This document shows, one piece after another, positions 7,507-13,333 of a stretch of 13,333 nt of DNA. The position numbers and the translations under genes are program-made. The notes under the pieces are model-generated. The model saw only the letters and a list, made by a program, of their open reading frames with translations, was not told where the DNA came from and did no database searches. Numbering within the stretch: position 1 is the first letter of the stretch; every line of letters starts with the position of its first letter. The stretch lies in IMG/VR virus record IMGVR_UViG_2909309443_000008. The stretch is one strand, 5' to 3'. This DNA is from a virus. Lineage: Duplodnaviria > Heunggongvirae > Uroviricota > Caudoviricetes.

Positions 7507-7959
7507 AACCCCACCTCGCAGACAAAGCGGGTGTAAATTGAGGGAATACAACGTATCGCAAAAAAGCAGAAACGTAACAGACTCGGAGTCAGTGAATAAC
7601 TCAGGTATTGAGTTATCAGCTAATATCGAGACTCAAAAAATGGAAAAACCAGCTCGACGGCGGGTTTAAGCTGTGTGACGAAGTAACCACTCTTAACAGC
7701 ATAACCAATTTTTTACGTACGTAAACCACTGAATGATATTTATGAGAATGCTACCGAGTGTTCAAAACACCACCACAAATATATAAGAAAACCTCAACAA
7801 ATAACCAATAAATAATTTCCGGCGTTATTTTTAGTTGATTTAAATTAAACCACCGAATTATAGAACCCCCATAAATAACAGCCATTAATATAAATTAGCT
7901 AATAGGTTTATTTTTGTTCAAATAAGAGCCATAAATAGGTTTCGATAGAAAAAGTTCAG

Positions 7960-8094
7960 ATAAAAATAGAGATCTACTTCACAAATTAAATGAGAAACTA
8001 AAACTTACATCTTGAAATAATCACATTGATTAGATGAATATTTATCGCGCAGTGACATCATTTTTTAATAATAGTTCAAAAAAAAGGGCTCACG
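7960..8094 (+). promoter_or_regulatory. Putative nmpC promoter region with OmpR-box-like repeat
   Basis: AT-rich leader. The motif ACTTACATCTTGAAATAATCACATTG at 8003-8028 resembles the TTTACATTTTGAAACATCTA-type OmpR sites of ompC/ompF as recalled. Confidence 0.3.
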
Positions 8095-9177
8095 ATGAAA
8101 AAATTAACAGTGGCAATTTCTGCTGTAGCTGCATCAGTACTGATGACGATGTCTGCTCAGGCAGCTGAAATTTATAATAAAGACAGTAACAAGCTGGATC
8201 TGTACGGGAAAGTTAATGCCAAGCACTACTTTTCCTCTAACGATGCAGATGATGGTGATACTACTTATGCCCGTCTTGGCTTCAAAGGTGAAACCCAAAT
8301 CAACGATCAACTGACTGGTTTCGGTCAGTGGGAATATGAATTCAAAGGCAACCGCGCTGAATCTCAAGGTTCCTCCAAAGACAAAACCCGTCTTGCATTT
8401 GCAGGCCTGAAATTCGGTGACTACGGCTCAATCGATTACGGCCGTAACTACGGTGTAGCATACGACATCGGTGCGTGGACTGACGTTCTGCCAGAATTCG
8501 GTGGCGATACCTGGACCCAAACAGATGTGTTCATGACTGGTCGCACCACTGGTGTTGCAACCTATCGTAACAACGACTTCTTTGGTCTGGTCGATGGCCT
8601 GAACTTTGCTGCTCAGTATCAGGGTAAAAATGACCGCACTGACGTAACTGAAGCCAATGGTGATGGTTTCGGTTTCTCCACTACTTATGAGTATGAAGGA
8701 TTCGGCGTGGGTGCAACCTATGCTAAATCAGATCGCACTGACGGTCAGGTCGCCTATGGTAAGAGCAAATTCAATGCCTCCGGCAAAAATGCGGAAGTAT
8801 GGGCTGCAGGCCTGAAATATGATGCGAACAATATCTATCTGGCTACCACATATTCTGAAACTCAGAATATGACCGTTTTTGGTAATAACCATATTGCAAA
8901 CAAAGCACAAAACTTTGAAGCAGTAGCACAATATCAGTTTGACTTCGGTCTGCGACCATCTGTTGCTTACCTTCAGTCAAAAGGTAAAGACCTTGGTGTT
9001 CATGGTGACCGAGACTTAGTCAAGTATGTCGATGTCGGTGCTACTTACTACTTTAATAAAAACATGTCCACTTTTGTTGATTACAAAATCAACTTAATTG
9101 ACGATAGTAAGTTTACCAAAACAGCTGGTATTGATACCGACGACATCGTCGCTGTAGGTCTGGTGTATCAGTTCTAA
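8095..9177 (+). CDS. nmpC: General diffusion porin, OmpC/OmpF family (phage-borne NmpC/Lc-type), intact
   Basis: 360-aa ORF with signal peptide [30 protein letters not shown]..., porin hallmarks (…GFGQWEYEF…, C-terminal …VAVGLVYQF). It is uninterrupted here. Confidence 0.95.
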   Translation: MKKLTVAISAVAASVLMTMSAQAAEIYNKDSNKLDLYGKVNAKHYFSSNDADDGDTTYARLGFKGETQINDQLTGFGQWEYEFKGNRAESQGSSKDKTRLAFAGLKFGDYGSIDYGRNYGVAYDIGAWTDVLPEFGGDTWTQTDVFMTGRTTGVATYRNNDFFGLVDGLNFAAQYQGKNDRTDVTEANGDGFGFSTTYEYEGFGVGATYAKSDRTDGQVAYGKSKFNASGKNAEVWAAGLKYDANNIYLATTYSETQNMTVFGNNHIANKAQNFEAVAQYQFDFGLRPSVAYLQSKGKDLGVHGDRDLVKYVDVGATYYFNKNMSTFVDYKINLIDDSKFTKTAGIDTDDIVAVGLVYQF

Positions 9178-9345
9178 TCTGATTACGAAAAAGATATGTT
9201 GCGGGAGGCTTTGCCTCCCCAACATATAAGTGGCTCCCTCAAGCCACTTCCTTTAGAAGCACAACCTTGCTTCTAACTATATAAACCTTCTGTTATATAT
9301 TACCCTTTATTTTTGGGGGCGTCTCAACGCCCCATTTTTAATAAT
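9178..9345 (+). ncRNA. ipeX: nmpC 3' UTR; candidate IpeX-type sRNA region
   Basis: ~165-nt untranslated segment between the nmpC stop and a strong intrinsic terminator. In DLP12 the IpeX sRNA is reported to derive from the nmpC 3' region (recalled from the literature, not seen in sequence). Confidence 0.35.
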
Positions 9346-9366
9346 TTTTAGTAAACAATTGGCATA
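9180..9366 (-). promoter_or_regulatory. Candidate late promoter PR' / Q-utilisation / tR' region immediately downstream of Q
   Basis: By position, the late promoter belongs just downstream of Q. On the minus strand there is a TTGAGA...TAATAT pair (spacer ~19) followed by successive hairpins and a GGGAGGC-aaa-GCCTCCC stem (9203-9219) with CTTTTT after it, resembling a short terminated leader. Confidence 0.3.
9316..9345 (+). terminator. Rho-independent terminator downstream of nmpC
   Basis: GC stem GGGGCG-tctcaa-CGCCCC (9316-9333) followed by ATTTTTAATAATTTTT. Confidence 0.6.
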
Positions 9367-9750
9367 TTAATTAGAGTTATTAACAACGATATCCATCTCT
9401 AACCGGATATCTAATGCCATTAACATCCCTTCAATTATGCCCTCAGCCTTCTGTAACCTTTTCCCGATATAACCATCAGAGCAGCAATGCTTACCTGCCA
9501 GTGACATGAATGTCATACCGACTACATAATAATCTACTAATAAATCGTGCAAATCGCTGTTGTTCTTTTTCAGACGGGCCATGCACCCGCAAATGATCAT
9601 CGCGTCATCGTCACAACATTGCGGGCGAGATTTTACTTTTGAAGTAATTAATCCCTTAAAACCGGCGGCAATGGACGACCAGGTCACATCTTCATGATTA
9701 TTAGCCGCCCACGCTCCCCAACGCTCAAGAACCATCTGAATATCACGCAT
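9367..9750 (-). CDS. quuD: Late-gene antiterminator Q (QuuD-type)
   Basis: ATG at 9750 with a GGAG RBS. Translation [24 protein letters not shown]...[16 protein letters not shown]... has a Cys-rich zinc-binding region. The ORF-track start at 9765 is a TTG and is rejected. Confidence 0.88.
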   Translation of the reverse strand: MRDIQMVLERWGAWAANNHEDVTWSSIAAGFKGLITSKVKSRPQCCDDDAMIICGCMARLKKNNSDLHDLLVDYYVVGMTFMSLAGKHCCSDGYIGKRLQKAEGIIEGMLMALDIRLEMDIVVNNSN

Positions 9751-9835
9751 CAACTTACTCCACAAAAATCAGACCAGAACGCCAATTACAAGCAAAAATC
9801 AATAAAACAGTATTAGTTGATTGTTATCTCTGACT

Positions 9836-9973
9836 TCATACTCCTGCTCCTGTCAGGGTTTTGGCGTAATTCCTCAGTATTCGGTAATCGGTCAAAACAG
9901 AACTGGGGAAACGATATAAGCGCAGGCGCATCCAGCGGTGGCGAAGAAGTTCTGCCATATTAAACTCAAACAT
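9836..9973 (-). CDS. ylcG: Small basic ORF (45 aa) translationally coupled to rusA; YlcG-like
   Basis: ATG at 9973 overlaps the rusA stop by 1 nt (TGATG). Translation [45 protein letters not shown]. The size matches the small ylcG ORF adjacent to rusA in K-12 DLP12 as recalled. Confidence 0.45.
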   Translation of the reverse strand: MFEFNMAELLRHRWMRLRLYRFPSSVLTDYRILRNYAKTLTGAGV

Positions 9974-10335
9974 CATTCATTCCCCATTTCGGTGATGGTC
10001 AGTTCCAGCCTCCCACCTTTGGTAACAGGCATCTTCACAACGCGGTAATCAACGACCTGAGCATCATCCAGCCAGAAACCTGCTTTAGTGAGTGCGTCAA
10101 AAGCGGCTTTTTGCAGATTATCCAGGTCACGGCGACGGCGATCCGGCATGTGGCACTCAATGCGGATTTTCACAGGGATAGCCAGGCCGATATCCAGCAT
10201 TGCGTTTTTAATGATTCTGGCGACGTTATCGCGGTATGCCTGCCCCTCTGCGCTGACGTGCGTGCGCCCGCGATTATGGCGGTAATAGCGATTATTGCTC
10301 GGAGGCCAGGGTAATGTGATGCTGTAGGTATTCAC
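9973..10335 (-). CDS. rusA: Holliday-junction resolvase RusA
   Basis: 120-aa [49 protein letters not shown]...[30 protein letters not shown]... matches RusA as recalled. Confidence 0.95.
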   Translation of the reverse strand: MNTYSITLPWPPSNNRYYRHNRGRTHVSAEGQAYRDNVARIIKNAMLDIGLAIPVKIRIECHMPDRRRRDLDNLQKAAFDALTKAGFWLDDAQVVDYRVVKMPVTKGGRLELTITEMGNE

Positions 10336-10390
10336 GCCTTAATAATCCCCTCTTTCAGCCACATAACCTGTGTTTTCGCCATACCTTCCA
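10336..10390 (-). pseudogene. ybcO: 3' remnant of ybcO (DUF1364) upstream of rusA, truncated at a deletion junction
   Basis: The frame ending at the TGA that overlaps the rusA start encodes ...[19 protein letters not shown], matching the YbcO C-terminus as recalled. Similarity is lost upstream of ~10390 and the frame has no start. Confidence 0.5.
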
Positions 10391-10404
10391 ACTGAGGTGT
10401 AAAA

Positions 10405-10683
10405 ATGTTCAGAATCATTTTGCCTAACACCTGGTACGTCGACCACCACGGCACTCCCTGCAAAATCCTGCGTTCTACCCACAACAAAGTTCACTACATC
10501 CGAAAAGGCAGAACATGTATCGCCAGCATGTTCCGCTTTAATCATGACTTTGAACCTGTGAATAAAGCTGATGCAGATCGGATAGCAGAAGAGATCGAAA
10601 CGGCAGAACACATTAAGAAGTTACGTGACATGCGTTCAAAAAGCAGAGGTAACCATGGAATCATACAGCCTCACACTCGATGA
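10405..10683 (+). CDS. Hypothetical phage protein (92 aa) upstream of xis/int
   Basis: ATG at 10405 with a GAGGTG RBS 5 nt upstream. Co-oriented with xis and int, and overlaps the Xis-like start. I recognise no family. Confidence 0.45.
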   Translation: MFRIILPNTWYVDHHGTPCKILRSTHNKVHYIRKGRTCIASMFRFNHDFEPVNKADADRIAEEIETAEHIKKLRDMRSKSRGNHGIIQPHTR

Positions 10684-11026
10684 GGCCTGTCAGTTTCTTA
10701 AGATATCCAGACCAACCGCCACCAACTGGATACGAACAGGCCGCCTACAGGCAACACGTAAAGATCCAACCAAGCCAAAATCTCCTTACCTCACAACACG
10801 GCAAGCCTGCATTGCGGCGCTTCAGTCTCCGCTGCATACTGTCCAGGTGAGCGCGGGTGATGGCATAACAGAGGAAAGAAAATGTCACTCTTCCGCAGAA
10901 ATGAAATATGGTATGCCTCGTATTCGCTCCCGGGCGGGAAACGAATTAAGGAATCTCTTGGCACAAAGGACAAGCGGCAAGCTCAGGAGTTGCACGACAA
11001 GCGAAAAGCAGAACTCTGGCGAGTAG
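10655..11026 (+). CDS. xisD: Excisionase-like (Xis) HTH protein, unusually extended over the int start; possibly degenerate
   Basis: ATG at 10655 with a GAGG RBS. Translation [32 protein letters not shown]... is Xis/AlpA-like. The frame runs on 145 nt past the int start to a stop at 11026. Confidence 0.5.
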   Translation: MESYSLTLDEACQFLKISRPTATNWIRTGRLQATRKDPTKPKSPYLTTRQACIAALQSPLHTVQVSAGDGITEERKCHSSAEMKYGMPRIRSRAGNELRNLLAQRTSGKLRSCTTSEKQNSGE

Positions 11027-12045
11027 AAAAGCTAGGGGATTTACCTGATGTCACTTTTGAAGAGGCCTGCCTAAGATGGCTTGAGGAAAAAGCTGATAAA
11101 AAATCTCTCGATTCAGATAAAAGCCGGATTGAGTTCTGGCTTGAACATTTTGAGGGTATAAGGCTTAAAGATATCTCGGAGGCAAAGATTTACTCTGCTG
11201 TAAGCAGAATGCATAACAGAAAGACGAAAGAAATATGGAAACAGAAAGTTCAGGCCGCCATCAGGAAAGGTAAAGAACCGCCTGTTTATGAACCAAAGCC
11301 AGTATCAACTCAGACAAAGGCAAAGCATCTTGCCATGATAAAGGCCATTCTCCGTGCTGCAGAACGCGACTGGAAGTGGCTGGAAAAAGCGCCTGTCATC
11401 AAGATACCAGCGGTCAGAAACAAGCGAGTCAGATGGCTGGAAAAGGAGGAAGCAAAACGCCTTATTGATGAGTGCCCCGAACCACTGAAATCTGTCGTCA
11501 AGTTTGCGCTGGCAACTGGTCTGAGAAAGTCGAACATCATAAATCTGGAATGGCAACAAATCGACATGCAGCGACGAGTTGCCTGGGTGAATCCAGAAGA
11601 GAGCAAATCAAACCGCGCCATTGGTGTGGCGCTGAACGATACCGCCTGTAAAGTGTTGCGTGATCAAATAGGCAAGCATCACAAATGGGTGTTTGTACAT
11701 ACCAAGGCGGCTAAGCGAGCAGATGGAACATCAACGCCTGCGGTCAGGAAGATGCGCATCGACAGCAAGACATCATGGCTATCAGCTTGTCGTCGTGCAG
11801 GAATTGAAGATTTCCGTTTCCATGACCTCAGACACACCTGGGCAAGCTGGCTGATTCAGTCAGGCGTCCCATTATCAGTGCTTCAGGAAATGGGCGGATG
11901 GGAGTCCATAGAAATGGTTCGTAGGTATGCTCACCTTGCGCCTAATCATTTGACAGAGCATGCGAGGAAAATAGACGACATTTTTGGTGATAATGTCCCA
12001 AATATGTCCCACTCTGGAATTATGGAGGATATAAAGAAGGCGTAA
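10882..12045 (+). CDS. intD: Tyrosine site-specific integrase (lambda Int family)
   Basis: 387-aa ORF with a GAGGA RBS. C-terminal catalytic motifs ...[14 protein letters not shown]... and ...MVRRYAHL (R-H-R-Y). Convergent with, and 15 bp from, the 3' end of a tRNA gene. Confidence 0.95.
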   Translation: MSLFRRNEIWYASYSLPGGKRIKESLGTKDKRQAQELHDKRKAELWRVEKLGDLPDVTFEEACLRWLEEKADKKSLDSDKSRIEFWLEHFEGIRLKDISEAKIYSAVSRMHNRKTKEIWKQKVQAAIRKGKEPPVYEPKPVSTQTKAKHLAMIKAILRAAERDWKWLEKAPVIKIPAVRNKRVRWLEKEEAKRLIDECPEPLKSVVKFALATGLRKSNIINLEWQQIDMQRRVAWVNPEESKSNRAIGVALNDTACKVLRDQIGKHHKWVFVHTKAAKRADGTSTPAVRKMRIDSKTSWLSACRRAGIEDFRFHDLRHTWASWLIQSGVPLSVLQEMGGWESIEMVRRYAHLAPNHLTEHARKIDDIFGDNVPNMSHSGIMEDIKKA

Positions 12046-12060
12046 CTGATTGAATTGTAA

Positions 12061-12137
12061 TGGCGCGCCCTGCAGGATTCGAACCTGCGGCCCACGACTT
12101 AGAAGGTCGTTGCTCTATCCAACTGAGCTAAGGGCGC
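12061..12137 (-). tRNA. argU: tRNA-Arg (anticodon UCU)
   Basis: Minus-strand 77-nt sequence GCGCCCTTAGCTCAGTTGGATAGAGCAACGACCTTCTAAGTCGTGGGCCGCAGGTTCGAATCCTGCAGGGCGCGCCA folds as a cloverleaf: anticodon stem ACGAC/GTCGT, loop CT-TCT-AA, T-loop GGTTCGAATCC, 3' CCA. Confidence 0.95.
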
Positions 12138-12379
12138 GTTGATACCGCAATGCGGTGTAATCGCGTGAATTATACGGTCAACCCTTGCTGAGTCAATGGC
12201 TTTTGATCTGGTTGCTGAACAAGTGAACGACCGCGTCTGATTTTCTGATTTATTTCGCTATAGTGGCAAACAAACGCACACCGCTGCGCGTCTGAATCAA
12301 GAAAACCCGTATTTTCATGTATCAAAGTACAATTTACCGCCCTAACGGAAAATTGTCCGCTCCTATGAGACTGGTAACT

Positions 12380-13012
12380 ATGAAACCAACGTCGGTGATC
12401 ATTATGGATACTCATCCTATCATCAGAATGTCTATTGAAGTTCTGTTGCAAAAAAACAGTGAATTGCAGATTGTCCTGAAAACGGATGATTACCGCATAA
12501 CCATCGATTATCTCCGAACCCGTCCTGTTGATTTAATCATTATGGATATAGACTTACCCGGAACAGACGGTTTTACCTTCCTGAAAAGGATCAAACAAAT
12601 CCAGAGCACAGTGAAAGTGTTATTTTTATCATCGAAATCAGAATGCTTTTATGCTGGCAGAGCGATACAAGCTGGTGCTAACGGTTTTGTCAGTAAATGC
12701 AATGATCAGAATGATATTTTTCATGCCGTTCAGATGATCCTCTCCGGATACACGTTTTTTCCTAGCGAAACGCTTAACTATATAAAAAGCAATAAATGTA
12801 GTACGAATAGTTCAACGATCACTGTGCTATCTAATCGTGAAGTGACCATATTACGTTATCTGGTTAGCGGATTATCTAATAAAGAAATTGCCGATAAGTT
12901 ATTACTTAGCAATAAAACAGTTAGTGCGCATAAATCTAATATTTATGGCAAGCTAGGTTTGCATTCAATTGTAGAGCTTATCGACTACGCCAAATTATAC
13001 GAATTAATATAA
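12380..13012 (+). CDS. fimZ: LuxR/FixJ-family response regulator FimZ
   Basis: Receiver domain (…VIIMDTHPIIRMSIEVLL…DLIIMDIDLPGTDGF…) plus C-terminal LuxR-type HTH (…LSNREVTILRYLVSGLSNKEIADKLLLSNKTVSAHKSNIYGKLGL…). Canonical start taken as the ATG at 12380 (MKPTSVII); in-frame upstream ATGs at 12317 and 12365 lack an RBS. Confidence 0.88.
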   Translation: MKPTSVIIMDTHPIIRMSIEVLLQKNSELQIVLKTDDYRITIDYLRTRPVDLIIMDIDLPGTDGFTFLKRIKQIQSTVKVLFLSSKSECFYAGRAIQAGANGFVSKCNDQNDIFHAVQMILSGYTFFPSETLNYIKSNKCSTNSSTITVLSNREVTILRYLVSGLSNKEIADKLLLSNKTVSAHKSNIYGKLGLHSIVELIDYAKLYELI

Positions 13013-13024
13013 TATTAATTATAA

Positions 13025-13333
13025 GGTAGTGACTCCAACTTACTGATAGTGTTTTATGTTCAGATAATGCCCGATGACCTTGTCATGCAGCTCCACCGAT
13101 TTTGAGAACGACAGTGACTTCCGTCCCAGCCTTGCCAGATGTTGTCTCAGATTCAGATTATGTCGCTCAATGCGCTGAGTGTAACGCTTGCTGATAACGT
13201 GCAGCTTTCCCTTCAGGCATGATTCATACAGCGGCCAGCCATCCGTCATCCATACCACGACCTCAAAGGCCGACAGCAGGCTCAGAAGACGCGCCAGTGT
13301 GGCCAGAGTGCGTTCACCGAAAACGTGCGCCAC
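13025..13333 (-). mobile_element. IS1: IS1 insertion sequence, right copy (partial, continues beyond the window), inverted relative to the left copy
   Basis: Terminal repeat GGTAGTGACTCCAACTTACTGAT at 13025-13047, 12 bp after the fimZ stop, followed by the insB 3' end on the minus strand. Confidence 0.95.
13040..13333 (-). CDS. insB: IS1 InsB, C-terminal part (5' end outside the window)
   Basis: Translation ...[96 protein letters not shown]. It differs from the left-copy InsB at several residues, so the two copies are different IS1 isoforms. Confidence 0.9.
   Translation of the reverse strand: MAHVFGERTLATLARLLSLLSAFEVVVWMTDGWPLYESCLKGKLHVISKRYTQRIERHNLNLRQHLARLGRKSLSFSKSVELHDKVIGHYLNIKHYQ

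Noticed and set aside
7507-7551. N-terminal extension of the holin ORF to 7551 ([15 protein letters not shown]…)
   Set aside because: The implied start is a TTG without RBS, whereas ATG 7506 has a strong GAGGTGG RBS and gives the canonical dual-start pinholin.
8134-8931. Minus-strand ORFs 8134-8367 and 8728-8931 within nmpC
   Set aside because: Antisense to the porin gene; no independent support.
9751-9765. Extension of Q to 9765 (MWSKL…)
   Set aside because: Starts at a TTG; ATG 9750 with a GGAG RBS gives the expected Q N-terminus.
10088-10611. ORFs 10088-10285 (+), 10111-10314 (+) and 10339-10611 (-)
   Set aside because: The first two are antisense to rusA. The third is antisense to the better-supported + strand ORF 10405-10683, and its 3' end merely reads through the ybcO-remnant frame.
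10791-11621. Minus-strand ORFs 10791-10973, 11305-11559 and 11310-11621
   Set aside because: Antisense to the integrase gene.
5070-12045. Interpretation as a cos-type phage-inducible chromosomal island (PICI)
   Set aside because: Although int and cos are present, there are no PICI-like replication or regulator genes; gene order and sequence follow a lambdoid prophage backbone with large internal deletions.
12170-12451. 93-aa minus-strand ORF between argU and fimZ
   Set aside because: Overlaps the fimZ 5' end on the opposite strand; no RBS; likely noise in the fimZ promoter region.
1-13333. CRISPR arrays, rRNA genes or additional tRNAs
   Set aside because: No regularly spaced direct repeats and no rRNA-like sequence were seen; only the single tRNA-Arg at 12061-12137.

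Overview
This window reads as a decayed lambda-like (DLP12-type) cryptic prophage integrated at the tRNA-Arg(UCU) gene argU of an Escherichia/Shigella chromosome, bracketed by two divergent, inverted IS1 copies. All calls rest on reading the ORF translations and DNA motifs by eye and on recalled family knowledge; no search was run. In + strand order: IS1 (insA/insB) | appY, 3'-truncated by that IS1 | a four-gene, translationally coupled tail-fibre-like cassette of unknown function | deletion junction fusing a terminase large-subunit stub to the tail gene | intact Nu1-type small terminase with an intact lambda-type cos site | a small RHH-like ORF | bor | lysis cassette (pinholin S, SAR endolysin R, frameshifted Rz/Rz1) | intact porin nmpC with a strong terminator | antiterminator Q | ylcG-like ORF and rusA | a second deletion junction (ybcO remnant) | small ORF, Xis-like, integrase | argU | fimZ | IS1. 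The head, tail and early (replication/immunity) regions are absent. The most interesting items are the uncharacterised cassette at 2125-4365, the two deletion junctions, the spanin frameshift and the retained cos/Nu1 unit. No CRISPR array or rRNA is present.
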